The translations under genes and the position numbers were made by a program. A stretch of DNA of 64,000 nt. It comes from a virus. Position 1 is the first letter of the stretch. The number at the start of each line of letters is the position of its first letter. Of the stretch, positions 41,545-50,635 are shown piece after piece. The notes below the pieces were generated by a model. It had not been told where the DNA came from. It did no database searches and worked only from the letters and a program-made list of their open reading frames with translations. The stretch is taken from positions 36,524-100,523 of the IMG/VR virus record IMGVR_UViG_3300045988_158973; one strand, written 5' to 3'.

Positions 41545-43416
41545 TCAATCATACCTTGATACTTTGTCTATCTTCCTCACTATGAGTTTGTTCTTCGCTG
41601 CGAAGTCAGCCGATACGTTCTGGGTGATCATCATCGACGTTATACCCACGTTTTCCAGTGTTCGAATGATGTGTTCCTGCCCCAAAGAGTCGATTCCGTG
41701 GAACGCTTCATCCAGCAGTATCATATCCAACCCGCGACCGTCGGTAGCCATATTGATCAGGCGATTCAACCCTATCAACGAGGCCAACGCTACACGACCG
41801 CGTTCTGCTCCCGAGTGGATTCCGTACACGTCGGCGTTCAAGCCGTCAGACTGAATATACACATCGATCTTATCGCGCACGTTACCGTCCTTGGTGGTGG
41901 TGAAGCCGTTAATCAGCACCGTTACATCCATACCGAATTTCTCCAAATACAGATTCGTCATGCCTTCAAGGACCTTGAGCGACTTATTCGCCAAAAACGT
42001 CAAGAAGCCGTTTTTACCCATGTGAAAGTCCCAGAACGCCATCGACTCGGCCAAGTACCGGAAGTCGGCTAATTCAGCCTTGGCGGTTTTGAGTTCTGCC
42101 TTGGTGGCCTTAATCTTGGCTTCAGCGGTTTTTATCGACGCGTCTTCGTCAGCAGCACGCCGGGCTTCTTCAATACGTTTCTGGAGATCGTTCTTCCGGC
42201 GTTCGACGTCATCCATTTGGCGCTTCAAACGGTCAGCGCGTTCACGAATAGCCATCATCGAACGTTTCACACGGCTCAATTCCGACTGGAGTTGATCGTA
42301 GTCGCGCTGCTTGTCTTCCAAGGCTTCCAACGCCTCTTCAGCCGTCTTAACGGCAGCAGCCAACTTCACGTCATCAGCCTCGCGTTGCGTGATTATCTTA
42401 CGAATCTGGTCCGGTGTGAGATCGAACTCGGCGTTGGGTATGAAGCGTTCGTGACATTTGGGACATTCGATGGCTCCCTCCAGCGCCAACGCCAATTCCT
42501 CCTTGGCGCGACGGTTCTTCTTGCGCTCCTTCTGGGCTGCGGTGATCTTACCTTCCGCTGCGGCGATATCGTCCACGAAGTTAGGCGCAGTTTCCAACTG
42601 TTGTTCCAGCGCGGTACGCTTCGTCTTTTCTGTTTCAAACTCATTGCGGATTGCCTGAGCCTGAAGCCCAAGTGCCGCGGCGTCGTTAATATAGCCTTCC
42701 AAAAGGCCAATCAACCCTTCGATGTTAGCTTCGGCGGAGTGGTTAGCCTTCAACTCCTTGAGGTTTTCTTCGAGGGTTTCAAGCCTCGTTTCCAACATCA
42801 GAACCTGCGTATCGTATTCAGCCACGCGGTCGTCAGCGGCCTTGTGGTCGGCCTTTATGGCGTCCAAAACGGGCTGAAGCATATCGGCGTTGGTGATACG
42901 GTTCAATATTTCCTTCTTGGTAGTGTCGGGAGCGGTCAAGAAGTTGTACTGACGGTCTTGGCTGATTATGTAGTACCGGAGCAGGTCCTCGCGGCTCAGC
43001 CCCAGCAACTCCAGTATTCGCTTATCAACTTCGGCTACCGACGTCAACTGGGTGTTCTCACGATCGTTTTCGAACAGTACGGCCTTGGCGCTACGCTTAC
43101 GATAGAAACGGCGCCGAATTTCCATAGTCTGGTGAAGAACGTCGTTCGCCAACGACATAACGACCCATCCTTCATCGCTATCGCGGTTGATAGCCTTATC
43201 GCGCGTTATAGGCGTATCGCGTGGTAACAGGTCACCAGTCAACGCCAACGCGATAGCCTCAAACAGCGTCGATTTACCTGACCCGTTGTTCAGCGATCCG
43301 CGGTCGGTTTGGTTGTCGCCAAAGATCACCGTACACTCACCGCGGTTGAACACCACTTCAGCTCGGTCACGGAACGCAAACAAGCCGCCAAACTCTATTT
43401 TTACAGGATACCACAT
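41545..43416 (-). CDS. sbcC: SbcC/Rad50-like ATPase (T4 gp46-like)
   Basis: Walker A NNGSGKSTLFEAIALALTG, a long coiled coil with Zn-hook-like CPKCHERF, and Walker B LDMILLDEAFHGID. Confidence 0.85.
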   Translation of the reverse strand: MWYPVKIEFGGLFAFRDRAEVVFNRGECTVIFGDNQTDRGSLNNGSGKSTLFEAIALALTGDLLPRDTPITRDKAINRDSDEGWVVMSLANDVLHQTMEIRRRFYRKRSAKAVLFENDRENTQLTSVAEVDKRILELLGLSREDLLRYYIISQDRQYNFLTAPDTTKKEILNRITNADMLQPVLDAIKADHKAADDRVAEYDTQVLMLETRLETLEENLKELKANHSAEANIEGLIGLLEGYINDAAALGLQAQAIRNEFETEKTKRTALEQQLETAPNFVDDIAAAEGKITAAQKERKKNRRAKEELALALEGAIECPKCHERFIPNAEFDLTPDQIRKIITQREADDVKLAAAVKTAEEALEALEDKQRDYDQLQSELSRVKRSMMAIRERADRLKRQMDDVERRKNDLQKRIEEARRAADEDASIKTAEAKIKATKAELKTAKAELADFRYLAESMAFWDFHMGKNGFLTFLANKSLKVLEGMTNLYLEKFGMDVTVLINGFTTTKDGNVRDKIDVYIQSDGLNADVYGIHSGAERGRVALASLIGLNRLINMATDGRGLDMILLDEAFHGIDSLGQEHIIRTLENVGITSMMITQNVSADFAAKNKLIVRKIDKVSRYD

Positions 43417-43417
43417 A

Positions 43418-44476
43418 TCACAATTCTTTTAACATCGTTAAGCCTTCTTTCATGCGTTCGCCGCGTATTTCACGCTCCTTGCAGAACTCCATGAAGTTCT
43501 TAACGATGGTAGATTTACGGAATGTAACGATCTTCTCCGGGTCAGCCGCTGTAGCCATCGCCGCGGCGGTTTCATCGGCTTGAAACTTGATTTCAATACC
43601 AGCGGCCGAAAACTCCGAGGCGTTCAGTTTCTCACAATCGGCTTTAGAGCCAGTTACAACGATTCTGACGCGATCAAACGTTTCGCCCGAGTATTTATCC
43701 ATCAAGTTCCGTAAAGTCGTTGTGTCGGTCGCTACAACAGTTTCACGGATATACCGCGGAAAGCGCAGCGGGCGGTGCTCCCACGAACCGTCGTCGTAAA
43801 CCACGGTCACACCCTTATCGTCGGCCGTTTCGCCGAAATTATTCTGGCACATCGAACCCAGATAGTGAACCTTTTCGCCAACGCGCGAAGCGTTGTGATA
43901 ATGGCCCACAAACACCGCGTCGTAGTTACGAAACATATCCGGACGAATATCGCTTTCCACCTGTGTGCCGTCGTTGTTACGAACGCCCTCCACTGCCACG
44001 TGCGTTATCATAAAACGCGGTCCTGTGAACGTTTCCCGTTCAAGGCCGTTATCCACAGCCAATTTCTCTTCAAGCCACTTGGCGTCTCCGTAATAGGGGA
44101 TCAACACGAACGATACGCCGTCCCATTCAAACTCTGATGCCTGACTCACAACCGTAGCTGCTCCGGGGCACACACTCAAATAGCTGCGGTCCGAGTTGGG
44201 GTCTGTCTTGTCGTGGTTGCCGGGAATAACGACAATTTCCAGTCCACGTGCTTCAGCGTCTTCGGTGATTTCGCGCCAAGCATCAAGGACTTCCAAAGGT
44301 TGCGCCGAGCGGGACGTAAATACGTCACCGCCCAGAATCACAATATTACAACCTATTTCTTCAGCCAGCGCAAAAGTCTGACTGAATAAATCCCGTACCA
44401 CCATCACGTTGTCTTTCGACAAGTGCGGGTCGAAACCTAAGATGGCCACGGGACTTTTTTGCGTTTTCTTTTTCAT
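43418..44476 (-). CDS. sbcD: SbcD/Mre11-like nuclease (T4 gp47-like)
   Basis: Calcineurin-like phosphoesterase motifs GFDPH, GGDVF, IPGNHD, THVAVEG and GHYH. Confidence 0.85.
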   Translation of the reverse strand: MKKKTQKSPVAILGFDPHLSKDNVMVVRDLFSQTFALAEEIGCNIVILGGDVFTSRSAQPLEVLDAWREITEDAEARGLEIVVIPGNHDKTDPNSDRSYLSVCPGAATVVSQASEFEWDGVSFVLIPYYGDAKWLEEKLAVDNGLERETFTGPRFMITHVAVEGVRNNDGTQVESDIRPDMFRNYDAVFVGHYHNASRVGEKVHYLGSMCQNNFGETADDKGVTVVYDDGSWEHRPLRFPRYIRETVVATDTTTLRNLMDKYSGETFDRVRIVVTGSKADCEKLNASEFSAAGIEIKFQADETAAAMATAADPEKIVTFRKSTIVKNFMEFCKEREIRGERMKEGLTMLKEL

Positions 44477-44494
44477 AAAGACGATTTTACCAAG

Positions 44495-44505
44495 GTAACG
44501 TTGAC
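44495..44505 (-). promoter_or_regulatory. CAACGTTAC motif copy (variant)
   Basis: The minus strand reads AGTCAACGTTACCTTGG, 18 nt upstream of ATG 44476. Confidence 0.3.
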
Positions 44506-45635
44506 TATTCGTCAGCCAACTCCGCTTCCTCCATCATCTTCTCACGCCAAGCCTTCAGGTCTTTGTTACGAGCAGTGCAAATGACCTTTTCCAGCGTGGC
44601 CAACAGAGGATTTTGGTCATAGTAGAGCTGGTAGAGTTCGCGGTCGGACTTCCACTTCAGTTTGCCGTTCATGAAGGCGTAAACGGTCTTGGAGGGCTTT
44701 TGAATGATACCTCGCTCAACAGCGTATTCGATGTCTTCTTCGGACAGAATAATGCCGTACCCCAACAGAATACGGATGTACGTCTTTTGGCGCGAACCAA
44801 AGTCGTTCTTGATAACCTTGACTTCAGAAATTTGTGCCACTTCGACGTCATCGATTTTTTTCATCTCCGTTACGCGCATTTGTAAGCGCAACGTCGGCAT
44901 TAACTCCACCCATTCTCCGCCTGTGCTTTTGCGTGACGTTACGCCCATAACGTTCTGTTCGTACTGGTGATTAAGGATAACGAAGTGGATCGCGTTGGTA
45001 TAGCACAACCCAACCAGTCCTTTGGCGAACATCTTTGCTGACTTGGCGAACGCCATCATCTTTGGCTCTTGTAGCTTTTCGAGTTCCTCACCCTTGGCTG
45101 CGGCCTTATCCATGTTTTCGACGTTGGCACGCAAAGCATCGTATTCCGCCTTCGAAAGCGTAGCGCCAAGCGAGTCCCACAAGAAGAAGAACCGCGGTTT
45201 CTCCTTGATATCGGCTTCTTCGAACAGCGCGTGAGCGTCCTTGACGAACTTGCTTACGCGCACGAACATTTGCTCGACGTAGCGAATCTTGATGATAACC
45301 ACGCGCGAAATATCAACCCCCAGCTGGATGGCGTAGTCCTTGTTGTCACGATTTTCAGACGAAAGTATACACGCCAACCCGGTTTCAGGGTTCTCGGCCA
45401 GAAAATACTTCATAGCCTCCAAACCCTCGGTGGTCTTACCGCTGCGGCTGCGCCCGGCGATCTCGATAATACCCGTTGGAAGACCGAACGTGCGCAGGTT
45501 CCAGTTCAGTTCCGCGCTGCCGGTATGGGCCCACGACTTGATCTCCGAAAAACCGTCCTTCTTCCTGAACGTTATGACATCATCGGAGTTGAACTTCGCC
45601 GTGAGTTTATTCAGTACATTTGAAATTTTCGACAT
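44505..45635 (-). CDS. RecA/UvsX-family recombinase
   Basis: HTGSAELNWNLRTFGLPTGIIEIAGRSRSGKTTEGLEAM (Walker A) and FFFLWDSLGAT (Walker B). The start is reset to ATG 45635. Confidence 0.75.
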   Translation of the reverse strand: MSKISNVLNKLTAKFNSDDVITFRKKDGFSEIKSWAHTGSAELNWNLRTFGLPTGIIEIAGRSRSGKTTEGLEAMKYFLAENPETGLACILSSENRDNKDYAIQLGVDISRVVIIKIRYVEQMFVRVSKFVKDAHALFEEADIKEKPRFFFLWDSLGATLSKAEYDALRANVENMDKAAAKGEELEKLQEPKMMAFAKSAKMFAKGLVGLCYTNAIHFVILNHQYEQNVMGVTSRKSTGGEWVELMPTLRLQMRVTEMKKIDDVEVAQISEVKVIKNDFGSRQKTYIRILLGYGIILSEEDIEYAVERGIIQKPSKTVYAFMNGKLKWKSDRELYQLYYDQNPLLATLEKVICTARNKDLKAWREKMMEEAELADE

Positions 45636-45648
45636 AATGTTGATAGTT

Positions 45649-45684
45649 AAAAACGGCTGGCCAACCACGAAAGCCAGCCAGCCG
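45649..45684 (-). terminator. hairpin terminator after 45705 gene
   Basis: The minus strand reads CGGCTGGC-loop-GCCAGCCG followed by TTTTT. Confidence 0.6.
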
Positions 45685-45704
45685 CGGGAAAGTTATCACG
45701 GGGG

Positions 45705-46985
45705 TTATTTCTTGCCCAATTTGGCGCGAATCATAGCCAGTGAACGCGCTGCGCCGCCTGTAGCGGCCGGAGCCTCGTCTTCTTCCTCTTCGGGTTCAGG
45801 TTCTTCCTCCTCTTCTTCGCCGTCCAGTCCAAGCGCGGCACGGATAGCCGCACGAATCTGGTCGTCGGTCGTTGATTTGTGGACCTTCACCGTGTCACCA
45901 AGGTCGTTATCGCGGATGAATGCCCTGAGTTCGACACGGTCCATGTCGTCGAGGCCGTCGTCGTTGCCTGCCGGCGCTTCTTCCTCTTCGAGTTCAGGTG
46001 CAGCCTCTTCCTCCTCTTCAGGCTCTTCTTCGGGTTCGGGGTCAGGAACGCGAACGCCGGGGCGGTTCTTCTTCGTACGAACAGGCGGAACGTCATCCTC
46101 CTCGTCGTCGGTGCGACGCTTGGCGGCCTTCTTGGTGACTTTCTTCTTGGGTTCGTCGTCGCCTTCAGCGTACTGGGCGCGTACCTTCTCCACGATCTCC
46201 AGCCACTCGTCGTCACCGAACAAGTCGATACCGTGCTGCTCGTCGAAATTCTGGAGACCTTCCAGTGCGCGTTCGAACACTTCCATGGTGTACGTTCCAG
46301 CGACCTCCTCGATCGGTTTGAGTTTCATGAACTTCTCGATGGATTCGTCGGTCAGCGGGCATGCCTTGGGCTTCTTGCCGAGCGACACGTCGTAGTAGTT
46401 CTCACCCTTCTTCTTGTTGGGGTTCTTGATGTACTTGACGAACAGCGGCAGGCCTTCGTCGGGGTCGGTGAAGGGATCGGTCTCGATGGGTTCGTCCTCG
46501 TCTTCGGTGATTGCCAGACGGTTCATGGCGTCGCGGACGCTCTTCTTGAACTCCCACAGTTTAGGCTCCATGCCGTCTTCCCGGACTTCGGCGGCGTAGC
46601 ACAGCCACGACAGCGACGGCAACAGGCCATCACGCTGGGCAGTTACAGCCGCAACTGCGGTTTCCGACCCGTGGGTCTTCACATAGGCTACATACTCCTG
46701 AACGATGTCCATGGCGGTCTTGCCGTGGAAGATCGAATCCAGTACCGTGCCGCGGCGCTCGTCGCCGGAGTCGGTAGTGAACGGCAGCCAGTAGCACTTG
46801 CGCGGAACGTAGAAGTTGTCGTGATCGGGGTGAGCCGGGAACACGCGAATCTTCATCAGTTTACCGTCCTCAAGCGTCAGGAACTCGGCGTTGCCGTTGT
46901 TCAGCATCGAGTTGTCCTCGTCGATGCGGGCTTTGAGTTTTTTGATCGGCGTCGCCTTCAGGCGGCTCCTCAAATCGTTTGCCAT
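45705..46985 (-). CDS. putative ssDNA-binding protein with long acidic C-terminal region
   Basis: The call is positional (next to the recombinase) and from composition (EEEPEEEEE.. tail, as in gp32-type SSBs). No diagnostic OB/Zn motif was recognised. Confidence 0.3.
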   Translation of the reverse strand: MANDLRSRLKATPIKKLKARIDEDNSMLNNGNAEFLTLEDGKLMKIRVFPAHPDHDNFYVPRKCYWLPFTTDSGDERRGTVLDSIFHGKTAMDIVQEYVAYVKTHGSETAVAAVTAQRDGLLPSLSWLCYAAEVREDGMEPKLWEFKKSVRDAMNRLAITEDEDEPIETDPFTDPDEGLPLFVKYIKNPNKKKGENYYDVSLGKKPKACPLTDESIEKFMKLKPIEEVAGTYTMEVFERALEGLQNFDEQHGIDLFGDDEWLEIVEKVRAQYAEGDDEPKKKVTKKAAKRRTDDEEDDVPPVRTKKNRPGVRVPDPEPEEEPEEEEEAAPELEEEEAPAGNDDGLDDMDRVELRAFIRDNDLGDTVKVHKSTTDDQIRAAIRAALGLDGEEEEEEPEPEEEEDEAPAATGGAARSLAMIRAKLGKK

Positions 46986-47023
46986 AATACTTTGATTTTG
47001 TTAAGGTGTTAATATAAACTTTG

Positions 47024-47560
47024 TTAATCTTCCACGTCGGGGATCAGTTTCGGGCGTTTACGAACTTTCACAACCGAATTTGCCTTACTCTGAAGCAGGT
47101 GCTCTTCGATATCGCCCGTGGGTATAGACAGCGATAGCTTATCCAGTTTGGCCGATTTGTCTTTGGCCGAAAACAGCAGCGACGCAACATAGTCCCGTGT
47201 CTTTTGAGCCTCAAAAAGCCTTATTTGGTTAGCCTTATAAACGGGATTCTGATAGGTAGCCGTGTTCACCTCGTCAATCGTAGGGGGCTTGCGGCGGTCC
47301 TCTTCAGTATTGAGTAAAACACGAATTTCTTCACGCAACTTTGCCTCTACAATGGCGCAGTTGAGTTTCGTTTCAGCCAGCGAGCGTTCAGCGTCAGCCA
47401 GCAGCAGACCTAATCGGTTTACAACAACCGGAAAGGTGATAATTTCCCCAACCAGATTGTCATAGTGAATAGCCATCAGGTCGTCGACGTCGATTTCTTC
47501 TTCGAATTCTTGAAATTCGATTTCGTAGACGTCTTTTCCAATCAGCAGTTTCCGTTTCAT
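47024..47560 (-). CDS. hypothetical coiled-coil protein (178 aa); weak positional candidate for recombination mediator
   Basis: Helical, adjacent to the SSB-like and recombinase genes. No motif. Confidence 0.45.
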   Translation of the reverse strand: MKRKLLIGKDVYEIEFQEFEEEIDVDDLMAIHYDNLVGEIITFPVVVNRLGLLLADAERSLAETKLNCAIVEAKLREEIRVLLNTEEDRRKPPTIDEVNTATYQNPVYKANQIRLFEAQKTRDYVASLLFSAKDKSAKLDKLSLSIPTGDIEEHLLQSKANSVVKVRKRPKLIPDVED

Positions 47561-47922
47561 TCTTTAGGTTCTTGTTGGTTAATGTCCCCGGCGCGTACAC
47601 GGCGCGTGATTTCGATAATGAGGTAATGAACCGCTTTCTCCAGATCGCGAATCAGACGACTCTTTTTATGGCCAACGGTGATGTACCGCTGAAGATAGCG
47701 CGTCACCTGATAAATGTTGATGGCTGCGCCGTGATCTGCGCCATACAGCATTTTCTTGGTGTCAATTACCTTTTGACCATCGGCGTACTTATCAGAGTAC
47801 GTTCCGGCGATATGGTCAATAGTCATGGCCAAGGCTTCAGCAGCCTCCGGTTCGGCGACGCAGATACGCTCAATGTTGTAAGCGACCTGCGAAATAAGTT
47901 CTTGATGTCGTTTGTTATCCAT
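47557..47922 (-). CDS. hypothetical protein (121 aa)
   Basis: Minus-strand ORF with a 4-nt overlap. Confidence 0.5.
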   Translation of the reverse strand: MDNKRHQELISQVAYNIERICVAEPEAAEALAMTIDHIAGTYSDKYADGQKVIDTKKMLYGADHGAAINIYQVTRYLQRYITVGHKKSRLIRDLEKAVHYLIIEITRRVRAGDINQQEPKE

Positions 47923-47923
47923 G

Positions 47924-48574
47924 TTAAATTATGTTATTTTGTAAAGCGTTTACGGCTTCGCGCGGTACATAAAGCGTGTGTACAGTATCAAATACATCAG
48001 CCACTTCACACGCATTTTGTAACGTTGTCACTGCTTTCCGGAAATTGTCGTTACAGTACGGAAGCAGATTCAACGGCCATGAACGGTTCCCCATGGAGAG
48101 TTCGCGGTTCAGGAAATACAACAGCGCCATCCAGTCTGCCACCTTCACCACCGCATGAGTGATATCGTAATACTCACCCGTCTTGGAGAGAGTTTGAAGT
48201 ACCTCTGAATCCGCGCCAAAGTCATCCGCCATCTGGTGTTCGACGAACTTATCGAGTGCGTATCGTATTTCCATGCCATTGTAGGCGTTGTATTTCACCT
48301 CGTGAGTGATGTCACGACGCAAAATGGCTTCATCGAAGTCGTGCATCAGCGCCACTTTCAACGTTCGGTACTTGAAAGCCAATACGGCGTTAGTTTCAGT
48401 CCCCGTAGGCCAAAAGTAGTCCAGTAGGCTCATTGTGAAGACCGACACCTTGAACGAGTGCTGCGAAACACTCTCCTGCTGATGGCGGTCGTATTCCAGC
48501 CACTGCTTGATGTTGTCCAGCCGCGCCAAATAATCGCGATTGAACAGTTTTGTTAAATCCCCTTTGATTCCCAT
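47924..48574 (-). CDS. HD-domain 5'-deoxynucleotidase (YfbR-like)
   Basis: ESVSQHSFKVSVF, ALMHDFDEAILRRDITHEVKY and VKVADWMALLYFLNRELSMGN align block by block with E. coli YfbR ([54 protein letters not shown]). Confidence 0.75.
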   Translation of the reverse strand: MGIKGDLTKLFNRDYLARLDNIKQWLEYDRHQQESVSQHSFKVSVFTMSLLDYFWPTGTETNAVLAFKYRTLKVALMHDFDEAILRRDITHEVKYNAYNGMEIRYALDKFVEHQMADDFGADSEVLQTLSKTGEYYDITHAVVKVADWMALLYFLNRELSMGNRSWPLNLLPYCNDNFRKAVTTLQNACEVADVFDTVHTLYVPREAVNALQNNII

Positions 48575-48589
48575 AACGATATTGTTTAA

Positions 48590-50635
48590 CTATTGCAGTA
48601 TTTCTAACCTTGTAGATGGTGAAGACTGCACGGTTTTCTTTCCAGCGAAGTAATTCACACGCCCCGTAACAGCCACAACGCGGTTCAGCAGCGTGGCTTC
48701 AGTTTCTGACTGGTGAAGCCAAAAATCGGACCACAACGTGACCTGTATGATAAGGTCGTTCACCTCCAACTGAAGAACGCCATATGCGTCACCTCGCTTG
48801 GTTTGGCGCTCAAATACGTTGTTCACTCGCCCCACAATACACACTTCGTCGCCTTCGTTCTTGCGTTCGAATTCCGGCGCGGTAACATACAGTCGAACCA
48901 TTCGTTTTCCGAGCCCATATTCGTTCATCATACGCTCGTAGTCTACTTCTCCGTACCCGGTTAATTCACGCTGTTTGAAGACCCACCAAGCGTTGGTATG
49001 GGCATCTGGCGTATCGTACTCTTCGGGGAGTGGTTCGCCGCGGCGGTCGAGATACTGTTTAACGATATCCAGCCGTTGGCGTGGATTGCGTATACCCTCT
49101 ACGAGGTCAAACGCTCCGGCGGTTATGAGCCGCAGCACCACGGTACGATTAATACCCTTTGGTGCAGATGTTATGAAGTCTTCAAACGAAAACACTTCGC
49201 CGTGTTCTTGCTTCATAGCCTTCAAAAACGAAAGAGCACGTTCGCCAATTCCCTTCACCTTCCCCAAGGAGAAGAATATACGGTTCGTCGTTGGGTCACA
49301 CGTGAAGGTTTCATCTGAGAAGTTGATGTCTGGTGGACGAACTTCAATGCCAGCTCCAGTCTTCTTCATTTCCACCAACCGATACGGAATATCTGATTCT
49401 TTTGAAGCGTACTGGAGTGACGTTGTCCAAAACTCCAACGGATAATTGACCTTGAACCACTGCGACCAATACGACATCATGGTATAGGCTACGGCATGAC
49501 TCTTGTTAAATCCATAGCCTGAAAAGGCCAGCAGTTTGGACCAAACCTCATCGGCTTTTTCTTCCGTTCGCTCTTTTATTCCCGATTCGCGCAACAAGGC
49601 TGAATACCCTTCACGGAACTTACCATGGAACGATTCGATAAGGTCCATATTTTTCTTCTTGATAGCCGTACGAAGTATATCGGACTCTACAGGACTTAAA
49701 CCTCCAACGACCACGGCTTTCATGATTTGCTCTTGGTAGGTATACAACGAGTATGTATCACGCGTGATTTCCTCCATGCCGGGGTCGAATTTAGGCTTCT
49801 TGCGTCCGTTCTTGATTTCAACAAACGTTTCGTGTGCCTTAACATCCATAGGACCTGGACGGAACAGCGCCGTCATAGCGATCAGGTCGTCAAGCGTATG
49901 CGGCTTGGCTTCGCGGCAGTAGTTCATAAGTCCCATAGCGCCAAACTGGAATACATCCTCGCACCATCCACGCTGGAAATACCGGAACACCTCTTCGTCG
50001 CCGAACGGAATAGTGTTGACGTCAATATGCTGTTTACGGTTCTTGGCTATCAACTTTATGATCGACGAGAATTTATCCAACTGGTTAAGCCCCAGAATAT
50101 CCTCTTTCAAGAAGCCTGACTTGTCGATGTACTTACCTTCCCACTCCGACACCAACGTGTCTCCCATGCGCTTTATAGGCATCCAGCTGTAAAGGTCCAT
50201 AGGGTTTCCGTTTTCATCTTCCTTTGGTACGATGATAACAGCCGACGGGTGAACCGAGCCTGTCTTACATTGCGTAAGAGCGTATTTCGTCATATGTACC
50301 AACTCCGGATGATCTTGAACGAAACGGAACAATTCCCGCGACGTAGCGGCGTAATTGAACAGGTCGCCCCATGTGTATTCGATTTGGTCGTCGATGTCCT
50401 TGGTGAGTTTATTCATCACCGCAAACGGTACGCCCATGACCTTGCCGAAGTCCTTCAGACATGTCTTCAGTTTCATGCGCGTATAGGTACCAACCGAGCA
50501 CACATGATTAGCGCCATAACGTCGCGACATGTATTCTTTCACCGTATCGCGAAACGCTACAGGGAAGTCGCAATCCACGTCCGGCATGCTGTCCTGACGG
50601 GCAATTTCAACCTTTTCTATCTTTAGAATTTTCAT
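48590..50635 (-). CDS. dnaE: DNA polymerase III alpha (DnaE) C-terminal fragment: palm catalytic motif, fingers, OB domain
   Basis: Begins MKILKIEKVEIARQDSMPDVDCDF.., where PDxDxDF is the Pol III alpha catalytic motif. Also ..FRPGPMD.. and ..FNKSHAVAYT... The first in-frame ATG at 50635 forms an ATGA overlap with the HEG stop. The track's 50662 start is a TTG. Confidence 0.8.
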   Translation of the reverse strand: MKILKIEKVEIARQDSMPDVDCDFPVAFRDTVKEYMSRRYGANHVCSVGTYTRMKLKTCLKDFGKVMGVPFAVMNKLTKDIDDQIEYTWGDLFNYAATSRELFRFVQDHPELVHMTKYALTQCKTGSVHPSAVIIVPKEDENGNPMDLYSWMPIKRMGDTLVSEWEGKYIDKSGFLKEDILGLNQLDKFSSIIKLIAKNRKQHIDVNTIPFGDEEVFRYFQRGWCEDVFQFGAMGLMNYCREAKPHTLDDLIAMTALFRPGPMDVKAHETFVEIKNGRKKPKFDPGMEEITRDTYSLYTYQEQIMKAVVVGGLSPVESDILRTAIKKKNMDLIESFHGKFREGYSALLRESGIKERTEEKADEVWSKLLAFSGYGFNKSHAVAYTMMSYWSQWFKVNYPLEFWTTSLQYASKESDIPYRLVEMKKTGAGIEVRPPDINFSDETFTCDPTTNRIFFSLGKVKGIGERALSFLKAMKQEHGEVFSFEDFITSAPKGINRTVVLRLITAGAFDLVEGIRNPRQRLDIVKQYLDRRGEPLPEEYDTPDAHTNAWWVFKQRELTGYGEVDYERMMNEYGLGKRMVRLYVTAPEFERKNEGDEVCIVGRVNNVFERQTKRGDAYGVLQLEVNDLIIQVTLWSDFWLHQSETEATLLNRVVAVTGRVNYFAGKKTVQSSPSTRLEILQ

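Noticed and set aside
45340-47012. Plus-strand ORFs 45340-46395 (351 aa) and 45879-47012 (377 aa); likewise 24837-25865, 42217-43227, 54754-55506 and 54828-55466
   Set aside because: They are shadow ORFs antisense to acidic or coiled-coil minus-strand genes. Their translations are low-complexity (S/A/L/V/G/F-rich) with no motifs.
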